From Candidatus Parcubacteria bacterium (lineage in GTDB: Bacteria; Patescibacteriota; Minisyncoccia; Minisyncoccales; JAGMDC01), in contig JAGMAD010000003.1 in the NCBI GenBank assembly GCA_023130975.1, forward strand, positions 65,109 through 129,108: a stretch of DNA of 64,000 nt. Reading direction: 5' to 3'. Shown here one piece after another: positions 7,532 through 15,419 of the stretch. Both the position numbers and the translations under genes were made by a program. The first letter of the stretch is position 1. The number at the start of each line of letters is the position of its first letter. Below the pieces are notes generated by a model. The model was not told the DNA's origin and ran no database searches. It worked only from the letters and a program-made list of their open reading frames with translations.

Positions 7532-9181
7532 ATGGTTCGTGGAAAAATAAATAATTTAATAAAAAAAGCTATTAAAAACGCCCAAAAGGAAAAGGAATTG
7601 CCGAAGTTTAAGATTGATGAAGTTTCCATTGAACATCCGGAACAGGAAAAATATGGTGATTATTCTACCAATATTGCTATGCAGATTAGTAAAATTCTCA
7701 AGAAAGATCCAATGGAGATAGCAATAATATTAAGTGAAAAGTTAAAAATGAAAAGTGAAAAGTTTTTAGAAAAGATTGAAATAGTAGAGCCAGGATTTAT
7801 TAATTTTTTTATTTCCAAGGAATATTTACAAAAGCAAGTTTTAGATATTTTAAAAAAAGGAGAAAAATTTAGTGATTTAGACATTGGCAAAAAGAAAAAA
7901 ATTCAGATAGAATTTATTTCAGCAAATCCTACTGGTCCTTTAACTATTGGTAATGCCAGAGGGGGACCATTTGGCGATGTTTTAGGAAATATTTTTAAAA
8001 AAGCAGGATTCAAAATAGAGAAAGCGTATTATGTTAATGACTTTGGCAATCAGATTTTAGCTCTTGGCCATTCTGTTTTAAAAGATAAAGAAGCAGTTTA
8101 TAAAGGGAAATACATTGATGAACTTCATAAAAGAATACTTGCCCGCAGTAATACACGAAGTGTTTTGGGCGGGAAAGAAAAAGACCCATATAAAGCTGGG
8201 CAAAAAGCAGCAAAGATTATTATAGATGAAATAATTAAAAAGACAGTAAAGAAAATGGGAATTAAATACGATGAATGGTTTTGGGAAAGCCAGCTTCATA
8301 AAACTGGAAAAGTTGATGAAATAATAGAGTTTTTAAAAAAGAAAAAGCTAGTTTATAAAAAAGATGGAGCTTTATGGTTTAAATCATCAAAGTATGGTGA
8401 CAATAGAGACAGAGTATTAGTTAAACAAGATGGCTCAAAAACTTATTTAACTGGTGATATTGCTTATCATAGATATAAATTTGAAAAGAAAAAATTTAAT
8501 AAAGTGATAAATATTTGGGGAGCGGATCATTATGGAGATATTTCAGGATTGAAAGCTGGAACAGAAGCTCTGGGCCATAAAGATAAACTTGATATTATTC
8601 TTCATCAGTTTGTAACTATTTTAAGAAAAGGAGAAAAACAAAGGATGTCAAAAAGAAAAGGAGTTTATTTTACTATTAATGAGTTGCTTGATGAAATTAG
8701 TTCTGATGTAATGAGATTCTTTTTTCTCCAAAAATCTATAAATACACATTTGAATTTTGATATAGCATTAGCAAAAGAACAGTCAGAGAAGAATCCGGTT
8801 TATTATATTCAATACGCTTTCGCCAGAATACAGAGTATTCTGGCGAAAATCCCAAATCCCAAGTTCCAAATCCCAAATAAATCCCAAATCCCAAATCCCA
8901 AACTTGAATTATTAAAACATCCAAGTGAATTGAATTTAATTAAACAGCTTATTAAATTTCCGGAAGTTGTTGAAGATACTGCTAAAGATTATCAGGTTCA
9001 GCGATTGCCTCAATACGCTTTTGATTTAGCTGCTGCTTTTCACCAGTTCTATCGCGATTGCCGTGTTGTTTCAGAGGATGAGAATTTTAGCCAAGCTCGT
9101 TTAGCCCTGGCTTTAGCCACAAAAACTGTATTAAAAAGCGTTTTTGATTTAATGGGAATTTCTGCTCCCAAAAAAATGTAA
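7532..9181 (+). CDS. argS: Arginine--tRNA ligase
   Basis: Class I motifs (SANPTGPLTIGNARG as the HIGH region, MSKRKG) and NPVYYIQYAFARI near the C-terminus. Confidence 0.95.
   Translation: MVRGKINNLIKKAIKNAQKEKELPKFKIDEVSIEHPEQEKYGDYSTNIAMQISKILKKDPMEIAIILSEKLKMKSEKFLEKIEIVEPGFINFFISKEYLQKQVLDILKKGEKFSDLDIGKKKKIQIEFISANPTGPLTIGNARGGPFGDVLGNIFKKAGFKIEKAYYVNDFGNQILALGHSVLKDKEAVYKGKYIDELHKRILARSNTRSVLGGKEKDPYKAGQKAAKIIIDEIIKKTVKKMGIKYDEWFWESQLHKTGKVDEIIEFLKKKKLVYKKDGALWFKSSKYGDNRDRVLVKQDGSKTYLTGDIAYHRYKFEKKKFNKVINIWGADHYGDISGLKAGTEALGHKDKLDIILHQFVTILRKGEKQRMSKRKGVYFTINELLDEISSDVMRFFFLQKSINTHLNFDIALAKEQSEKNPVYYIQYAFARIQSILAKIPNPKFQIPNKSQIPNPKLELLKHPSELNLIKQLIKFPEVVEDTAKDYQVQRLPQYAFDLAAAFHQFYRDCRVVSEDENFSQARLALALATKTVLKSVFDLMGISAPKKM
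8843..8902 (+). repeat. In-frame AAATCCC oligo-repeat in argS
   Basis: GCGAAAATCCCAAATCCCAAGTTCCAAATCCCAAATAAATCCCAAATCCCAAATCCCAAAC, encoding AKIPNPKFQIPNKSQIPNPK. Confidence 0.85.
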
Positions 9182-9254
9182 GAACCTGCCTTTGGCAGAA
9201 CCTTGCTGTCTTCGGCAGTAAGAGCTTGAAAAATTTGTTGGAATTTAAATATAT

Positions 9255-12200
9255 ATGGACACAAATTTCCCTAACTTAGAAAAAAAGATTATAAAATTTT
9301 GGAAAGAGAACAGAATTTTTGAAAGATCAATTGAGCGACGCGAAAAAGCGCCTAATTTTGTTTTTTACGAAGGACCACCCTTTGCTAATGGCAAACCCGG
9401 TATTCATCATCTTTTGGCGCGGGCATTTAAGGATATGACTCTACGTTATAAAACAATGAGGGGTTATAAAGTAAAAAGGAAAGCTGGATGGGATACTCAT
9501 GGTTTACCGACTGAAATAGCCGCAGAAAAGGCATTAAAAATCAAAACGAAAAAAGACATAGAAAAAATTGGCATAGAGAAATTTATTAAGGAGTGTAGAA
9601 AAAATATCTTTACTTACAAAAAAGAATGGGAAAATTTCACTGAACGCATTGGTTTCTGGCTTGACATGGAAAATGCTTATATTACCTGTAGTAATAATTA
9701 TATTGAGTCGTTGTGGTGGATATTAAAACAGGTTTGGCAGAAAGGGCTTTTGTATCAGGATTATAAAGTGGTTCCTTATTGTCCGAGATGCGGAACATCG
9801 TTATCGTCCCACGAAGTAGCCCAGGGATACAAGAAAGTCAAAGAAAATTCAATTTATGTAAAGTTTCCTGTCAAAGGACAGAAGAATACTTATTTCTTGG
9901 TATGGACAACAACTCCTTGGACATTGCCAGGGAATGTGGCAATCGCAGTAAATTTGAAACCTACCTATGTCAAATTAAAGCTTAATAATGAATATCTGAT
10001 TTTAGCTAAACAGAGAATTAAGGATTGTGGAATAGAGGGAAAAATCACGAAAGAGTTTAAGAGAAAAGATTTGGTTGGATTGGAATATCAGCCCTTATAT
10101 AAAATTAAAATTAAGAAAGTCGGATTTCCTAAGGAAGTCCGACTTTCCGATGCTTATAAAATAATCCCTGCGGATTTTGTTTCCTTAGAAGAAGGAACAG
10201 GTTTAGTTCATATTGCACCTGCTTTTGGTGAAGATGATATGAATGTTAGTAAAGAAAATAATCTTCCTGTTTTAATAACAGTAGATGAACAAGGTAAAAT
10301 GAAAGCACCAAGTTATAAATGGAATAAGCTGTTTGTGAAAAATGCTGATCCGTTGATTATTGAAAATTTAAAAAAGAGAAAGCTGCTTTTCAAGGAAGAA
10401 TCGTATGAGCATGATTATCCTTTTTGCTGGAGATGTAAAACTCCTTTGATTTATTATGCTAAGAAGGCCTGGTTTATTGAGATGACCAAAATTAAAAAAG
10501 ATTTACTCAAAAATAACGAAAAGATAAACTGGGTTCCTAAACATTTAAAACAAGGCAGGTTCGGCGAATGGTTAAGGGAATTAAAAGATTGGGCTGTTTC
10601 CAGGGAAAGATATTGGGGCACACCCTTGCCTATCTGGAAATGTGAAAAATGCAGCCATCAGGAATTCATTGGTTCAAAAGAAGATATATTGAATCAAAAA
10701 TTTACTACTAATAAGTATTTTATTTTACGACATGGTGAATCAGAGTGTTCTAAAAAAGAAATAGGTGTTTCCAGCCCAGGAAAAGATTTATGTCCGTTGA
10801 CCAAAAAAGGAATGGCGCAAGTCCAGAAAGCCGCGCAGGAGTTAAAAAAAGAAAAAATAGATATTATTTTTTCTTCTGATTTATTGCGGACAAAACAAAC
10901 AGCGGAAATTGTTGGCAGAGCATTAGGTGTAAAAATAAAATACGACAAGCGGTTAAGGGAAATAAATTTTGGGATTTATGACAATAAATCGTTGAAACAA
11001 TGGAGGGGATTTTGGTTGGAAAGAAGCAATAGATTGAGAAAAAGACCTCCTTTAGGGGGAGAAAATTATACAAACGCAAAGAAAAGGATGTATAAATGTT
11101 TAAAAGATATTGATGAAAAATACAAAAGAAAAAAAATTTTAATAGTCAGCCATGGCGGCCCGATTTTAATGCTGTCGAGCGTAGTGAAAGGATTGTCCGA
11201 TGAAGAGATTACAAAACTCTTAAAAAGAGAACGAAAATTATTTCCAGTAGGGAAATGGCATAAAATAGATTTCAGGATTCTGCCTTACAATAAGCAGGGA
11301 GAATTGGATTTCCATAAGCCATATATTGATGAAGTAAAATTTAAATGTTCCAAGTGTGATAATTCAATGAAGCGAGTTTCAGAAGTGATTGATTGCTGGT
11401 TTGATTCTGGCGCAATGCCGTTTGCCCAATATCATTACCCTTTTGAAAACAAGAATCTAATTAACCCTTCGACAAGCTCAGGGCAAGTAAATCAATTTCC
11501 AGCAGATTTTATTTGCGAAGGAGTAGACCAAACTAGAGGTTGGTTTTACACTTTACTGGCTATTTCTACTTTGCTGGATTTGAGTCCGTCTTATAAAAAT
11601 GTCATTTCTTTGGGTCATGTTTTGGACGAAAAAGGGGAGAAAATGTCTAAATCAAAAGGAAATGTAGTTGATCCCTGGTATGTTATTGAAAAATATAGTT
11701 CAGATGCTGCTCGTTGGTATTTTTACACTATAAATCAGCCAGGTGATTCAAAACTTTTTACAGAGAAAGATGTAGATAATGCATTAAAGAAGTTTATTTT
11801 AACTTTTTGGAATATACATACTTTTTTTGAAACTTATGTTCCCAAAAAAGAATCTTTCAAATTTCAAGTTTTAAGTTCTAAGAATTTATTAGATAGATGG
11901 ATAATTTCTAAATTAAACAACTTGATTTTAGGAGTTTCTAAGAAATTGGATAATTATGATATTACTTCAGCTGCCAGAGATATAGAAGATTTTGTTATTA
12001 ATGATTTATCTCTATGGTATGTGAGGAGGTCCAGAAAAAGGTTTCAGAACCCTAAAACAAAAAAAGATTTTCAAGAAGCATCTGAGACCCTAAATTTTAT
12101 TTTATTAACTTTGAGTAAAGTAACAGCACCGTTTATTCCTTTTTTGAGTGAGGAAATATATCAAAAAGTCAAAAGTCAAAAGTTAAAAGTTAACAGTCAA

Positions 12201-12749
12201 AAGTCAACACATTTAGAGAAATGGCCAGAAGCAAATGAAAAATTAATAAATAAAAAGTTAGAAAAGAAAATGGAAATAGTTCGGGAGATTGTGGCACAAG
12301 GATTATCCCAAAGAGCAAAAGCAGGAATAAAAGTCCGCCAACCATTAAATAATTTTCAATTTTCAATTTTCAATTTTCAATTAGAAAAAGAATTATTAGA
12401 TTTGGTTAAAGAAGAGGTGAACGTAAAAGAAATTAGTTTTGGCAAGGAAACAAAGTTAGATACTAAAATTACGCCAAAGTTAAGGGAAGAAGGAATAGTC
12501 AGAGAAATTATTCGCAATACTCAAGAAATGCGTAAAAAAGCTGGTTATAAGCCAAAAGACAAAGTTTTAATCAGGTATACTGGAGATAAAGGGCTGAAGA
12601 AAATTTTAGAAAGAAATAAAAAGACAATTTTAAAAGAGATTGTAGTTAAAGACCTTTTAGAGGGTGATAGGCCGAAAAGAGTTTTTGATATTGAAAAAAC
12701 CTTTAAAATAGAAAACCAAGAACTCTGGTTGGGAATTAGAAAAATTTAA
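9255..12749 (+). CDS. ileS: Isoleucine--tRNA ligase (type 2) with embedded histidine-phosphatase domain
   Basis: PFANGKPGIHH (HIGH), KMSKSKGN, WTTTPWTLPGN, and zinc knuckles CPRCGT and CWRCKT. It is 1164 aa because of a 196-aa insert plus several short inserts. Confidence 0.95.
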   Translation: MDTNFPNLEKKIIKFWKENRIFERSIERREKAPNFVFYEGPPFANGKPGIHHLLARAFKDMTLRYKTMRGYKVKRKAGWDTHGLPTEIAAEKALKIKTKKDIEKIGIEKFIKECRKNIFTYKKEWENFTERIGFWLDMENAYITCSNNYIESLWWILKQVWQKGLLYQDYKVVPYCPRCGTSLSSHEVAQGYKKVKENSIYVKFPVKGQKNTYFLVWTTTPWTLPGNVAIAVNLKPTYVKLKLNNEYLILAKQRIKDCGIEGKITKEFKRKDLVGLEYQPLYKIKIKKVGFPKEVRLSDAYKIIPADFVSLEEGTGLVHIAPAFGEDDMNVSKENNLPVLITVDEQGKMKAPSYKWNKLFVKNADPLIIENLKKRKLLFKEESYEHDYPFCWRCKTPLIYYAKKAWFIEMTKIKKDLLKNNEKINWVPKHLKQGRFGEWLRELKDWAVSRERYWGTPLPIWKCEKCSHQEFIGSKEDILNQKFTTNKYFILRHGESECSKKEIGVSSPGKDLCPLTKKGMAQVQKAAQELKKEKIDIIFSSDLLRTKQTAEIVGRALGVKIKYDKRLREINFGIYDNKSLKQWRGFWLERSNRLRKRPPLGGENYTNAKKRMYKCLKDIDEKYKRKKILIVSHGGPILMLSSVVKGLSDEEITKLLKRERKLFPVGKWHKIDFRILPYNKQGELDFHKPYIDEVKFKCSKCDNSMKRVSEVIDCWFDSGAMPFAQYHYPFENKNLINPSTSSGQVNQFPADFICEGVDQTRGWFYTLLAISTLLDLSPSYKNVISLGHVLDEKGEKMSKSKGNVVDPWYVIEKYSSDAARWYFYTINQPGDSKLFTEKDVDNALKKFILTFWNIHTFFETYVPKKESFKFQVLSSKNLLDRWIISKLNNLILGVSKKLDNYDITSAARDIEDFVINDLSLWYVRRSRKRFQNPKTKKDFQEASETLNFILLTLSKVTAPFIPFLSEEIYQKVKSQKLKVNSQKSTHLEKWPEANEKLINKKLEKKMEIVREIVAQGLSQRAKAGIKVRQPLNNFQFSIFNFQLEKELLDLVKEEVNVKEISFGKETKLDTKITPKLREEGIVREIIRNTQEMRKKAGYKPKDKVLIRYTGDKGLKKILERNKKTILKEIVVKDLLEGDRPKRVFDIEKTFKIENQELWLGIRKI
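10115..10147. repeat. GAAGTCGGAYTTCC hairpin family, copy in ileS (in frame)
   Basis: GAAAGTCGGATTTCC-TAA-GGAAGTCCGACTTTC, encoding KVGFPKEVRLS. Confidence 0.85.
10713..11300 (+). other. Histidine phosphatase (PGAM-like, branch 1) domain inserted inside IleRS
   Basis: The insert contains LRHGES, SSDLLRTKQTA, REINFG and VSHGGPI in canonical order. It sits between IleRS blocks PIWKCEKC..FIGSKEDI and DFHKPYIDE..VIDCWFDSG. Confidence 0.85.
12164..12208 (+). repeat. In-frame AAAGTCA oligo-repeat in ileS
   Basis: AAAAGTCAAAAGTCAAAAGTTAAAAGTTAACAGTCAAAAGTCAAC, encoding KVKSQKLKVNSQKST. Confidence 0.8.
12351..12382 (+). repeat. In-frame (TTTTCAA)x4 repeat in ileS
   Basis: AATTTTCAATTTTCAATTTTCAATTTTCAATT, encoding NFQFSIFNFQL. 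The same heptamer occurs in the 39490-39535 intergenic region. Confidence 0.85.
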
Positions 12750-12754
12750 TTAAA

Positions 12755-13498
12755 ATGGCTATTCATTATAGGACAAAAGGTTTTTTTCTGAAAGAGGTTG
12801 ATAGGAGAGAATCAGATAAATTATTTGTAGTTTATACAAAGGATTTTGGGAAGTTGAAGATTTTAGGAAAAGCAATTAGAAAGATTAGATCAAAGCTAAG
12901 AAGTGGAGCAAGGGAGCTTTGTCTATCAGAAATTGAATTTATTCAAGGAAAAACTTATAAGACCTTGACTGATACTATTTTGATTGATAGCTTTCCAGAT
13001 ATAAGAAAAGATTTAGCAATTACAGAAACTGCTTTTCAAATTAATGATGCCTTGGATAGATTGGTCAAGGACGAAGAGAAAGACGATCAAATCTGGGAAT
13101 TATTAAATGAAACATTTGAAAAATTAAATAATTGTCAATTGTTAATAGTCAACAGTCAATTGTTATACCACTATTTTCTTTGGAATCTTTTTTCTTTTTT
13201 GGGCTACCAGCCAGAGCTTTATAAATGTTCATCTTGTGAAAAAGAATTAAAACCATTTCAATTATATTTCAGTCCAGAGCAAGGGGGAGTCGTTTGTAAT
13301 GTTTGCGCTCAGAGAATTAAAAAAGAGGATTCTTTGGAGAAATTAATAGAGATAAAGCCAGATGTTGTAAAAATTTTACGGCTTTTTCTTCAGAAAGATT
13401 GGTCTGTTTTATCAAAATTAAAAGTTGAAGAAAAAGATAAAGAGTTATTAGAAACAATTTCTGAAGATTATCTTTCTTTTGTTTTGGAAAATTCCTAG
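12755..13498 (+). CDS. recO: DNA repair protein RecO
   Basis: OB-fold-like N-terminus (GFFLKEVDRRESDKLFVVYTKDFGK) and a C4 zinc motif (CSSC..CNVC). Confidence 0.85.
   Translation: MAIHYRTKGFFLKEVDRRESDKLFVVYTKDFGKLKILGKAIRKIRSKLRSGARELCLSEIEFIQGKTYKTLTDTILIDSFPDIRKDLAITETAFQINDALDRLVKDEEKDDQIWELLNETFEKLNNCQLLIVNSQLLYHYFLWNLFSFLGYQPELYKCSSCEKELKPFQLYFSPEQGGVVCNVCAQRIKKEDSLEKLIEIKPDVVKILRLFLQKDWSVLSKLKVEEKDKELLETISEDYLSFVLENS
13131..13166 (+). repeat. In-frame GTCAAT/GTCAAC oligo-repeat in recO
   Basis: ATTGTCAATTGTTAATAGTCAACAGTCAATTGTTAT, encoding NCQLLIVNSQLL. Confidence 0.75.
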
Positions 13499-13518
13499 AA
13501 AACTGTTAAGATAAAAAG

Positions 13519-15204
13519 ATGAGAAACAAATTGATATTATTTTTAATATTTTTGAGTGTTCTTATAGGAATAACTGGTTTTTGGTATTACCAAAAAAATA
13601 TTTATTCAAAAGAAATTATAAAGTTAGAAATATTAGGCCCGGAACGAGTGGAAGCAGGTGAGGAAGTTGAATATATTGTTAAGTATAAAAATAATGGTGA
13701 TACCAGAGTGGAAGAGCCAAAACTGATTTTTGAATATCCAGAACATTCAATAACTGAAGATGGTTATTTAAGAGATGAGGTCGGACCTGAAAAGCTTGGT
13801 GAAGCAATTTATCCTGGCGAGGAGAAAACATTTCAATTTAAAGCCCGGCTGTTAGGAAAAGAAAAAGAAAATAAACAAGCTAAAGCAGTGTTAACCTATC
13901 GGCCTAAAAATTTAGAATCGCGGTATGAATCAAAAACCACCTTTACTTCTATTATTGAAAAGGTCCCTTTGACTTTTGAGTTTGATTTTCCTTCAAAAAT
14001 TGAATCAGACAAAGAAATAAAATTTCGGCTTAATTACTTTTCCTATATTGATTATCCACTTGCTGATTTAGGAATAAAAATTGAATATCCTTTTAACTTT
14101 GAATTTAAAAAATCTTCCCCTTCTGCTTTAGAAAATACCGAATGGTCAATTAATCTCTTAGATAAATCAGATGGAGGAAGGATTGAAATTACTGGCAAGG
14201 TTTCCGGTGATGTTGGAGAAAAGAAAATTTTTGAAGCCAGGATAGGTGTTTGGCAAAAAGGAGAATTTGTTTTATTAAAAGAAGCGTCTAAGGGCATAGA
14301 AATTATTGAACCATCTCTCTATATTTCTCAGCAGATTAATGGAAATCCTCAATATGTCGCTAATGCCGGCGACCTACTTCATTATGATGTTTTCTTTAAA
14401 AATATCGGAGAAAAGGCCTTAACCAATCTTTCTTTAGTAACAAAGTTAGAAGGGAAAATTTTTGACCTTGAGACCATAAAAACATTTGATGGTAATTTCG
14501 GGCCCGGAGACAATTCAATTATTTTTGACTGGAAAAAAGTTCCCAAGCTCCAGTTTTTAGATTCTCAAGAAGAGGGCAGAGTTGAGTTCTGGATAAATTT
14601 AAAAGACGACTGGCAAATGGATAATTTAGAAGATAAAAATCTGACAATAAAAAATAAAATTTATTTGTCTCAACAAGCCCGGGAAGAATTTATAACTAAA
14701 GTGAATTCAAAGTTAGTTGTTGAACAAAAAGGATATTTTCAAGACGAGGTCTTCGGCAATTCCGGACCAATTCCGCCAGAAGTTGGTAAAACTACCACTT
14801 ATACTATAATCTGGCAGATTCAGAATTATTACAATGATATCAAGAATGTAAGAGTGAAGGCAATTTTGCCTTCTAGAGTAAATTTAACTGGTAAAATTTT
14901 TCCAGAAGAGCAAAATGAAAAATTTGCTTTTGATTCCAGCTCCAGAGAAATTGTTTGGAGCATAGAAGCTTTACCCCCCACCACTTTTGCTACCAAAAGT
15001 GGTGGGGGGTCAACAATTGCTTTTCAGATTGCTTTTATGCCAAGTATTCATCAAACAGGACAAACTCCAGAAATTATTGGGGAGGTATCTATCTTTGCTG
15101 AAGATACCTGGACAGAAGAATTATTAGAGAGCAGTGATGAAAACATAGATACAACCCTGCCTGATGATGAAACTGTCATTGAACAACAGGGTATTATACA
15201 GTAA
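13519..15204 (+). CDS. Membrane-anchored surface protein with CARDB/DUF11-like beta repeats
   Basis: N-terminal TM helix followed by repeated modules (VEYIVKYKNNGDT, LHYDVFFKNIGEKAL, TYTIIWQIQN). The domain call is approximate. Confidence 0.7.
   Translation: MRNKLILFLIFLSVLIGITGFWYYQKNIYSKEIIKLEILGPERVEAGEEVEYIVKYKNNGDTRVEEPKLIFEYPEHSITEDGYLRDEVGPEKLGEAIYPGEEKTFQFKARLLGKEKENKQAKAVLTYRPKNLESRYESKTTFTSIIEKVPLTFEFDFPSKIESDKEIKFRLNYFSYIDYPLADLGIKIEYPFNFEFKKSSPSALENTEWSINLLDKSDGGRIEITGKVSGDVGEKKIFEARIGVWQKGEFVLLKEASKGIEIIEPSLYISQQINGNPQYVANAGDLLHYDVFFKNIGEKALTNLSLVTKLEGKIFDLETIKTFDGNFGPGDNSIIFDWKKVPKLQFLDSQEEGRVEFWINLKDDWQMDNLEDKNLTIKNKIYLSQQAREEFITKVNSKLVVEQKGYFQDEVFGNSGPIPPEVGKTTTYTIIWQIQNYYNDIKNVRVKAILPSRVNLTGKIFPEEQNEKFAFDSSSREIVWSIEALPPTTFATKSGGGSTIAFQIAFMPSIHQTGQTPEIIGEVSIFAEDTWTEELLESSDENIDTTLPDDETVIEQQGIIQ
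14974..15009. repeat. Perfect 15-bp-arm palindrome in frame in the 561-aa surface protein gene
   Basis: CCCCCCACCACTTTT-GCTACC-AAAAGTGGTGGGGGG, encoding PPTTFATKSGGG. Confidence 0.85.
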
Positions 15205-15216
15205 TTCTTTAGCTTT

Positions 15217-15286
15217 GAGAACAAAGTTTTTTGAACCGTTTCTCGCAAACCACGCTCGAACCCCACGGTTCTCAAAACTTGTTCTC
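15217..15286. repeat. Long imperfect hairpin downstream of the 561-aa gene
   Basis: GAGAACAAAGTTTTTTGAACCGT and ACGGTTCTCAAAACTTGTTCTC pair at about 20 positions around a 25-nt loop. Confidence 0.7.
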
Positions 15287-15315
15287 TGCGCATTATTAAT
15301 ATGCAGGATTTGAAC

Positions 15316-15394
15316 AAAAAACACAGGTCTGACCTGTGTAATATTTTTACTTACAAAAACCTAAAGGGCAGTTTAACCCTTTTTTATTTTTTTT
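15316..15394 (+). repeat. Left copy of the ~79-nt direct repeat (palindrome, then hairpin plus T-run)
   Basis: 44 nt (15316-15359) are identical to 28760-28803. This stretch includes the palindrome ACACAGGTC-T-GACCTGTGT. It is followed by TAAAGGG-N8-CCCTTTTTTATTTTTT with a different loop. Confidence 0.9.
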
Positions 15395-15402
15395 GCTATA
15401 AT
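15394..15402 (+). promoter_or_regulatory. Extended -10 promoter element (TGcTATAAT) for the giant-protein operon
   Basis: TGCTATAAT lies 17 nt upstream of ATG 15420. There is no SD in the short leader. Confidence 0.5.
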
Positions 15403-15419
15403 AAGTTAAACAAAGAATT

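Noticed and set aside
10713-11300. The IleRS insert as an intein or homing-endonuclease insertion
   Set aside because: It lacks an N-terminal Cys/Ser splice residue, a C-terminal His-Asn plus nucleophile, and any LAGLIDADG or HNH block. The motifs are those of a histidine phosphatase.
15240-15275. tRNA-like fragment (GGTTCGAG on the minus strand)
   Set aside because: The flanks do not form a T-stem, acceptor stem or anticodon arm. It is the loop of a longer hairpin.
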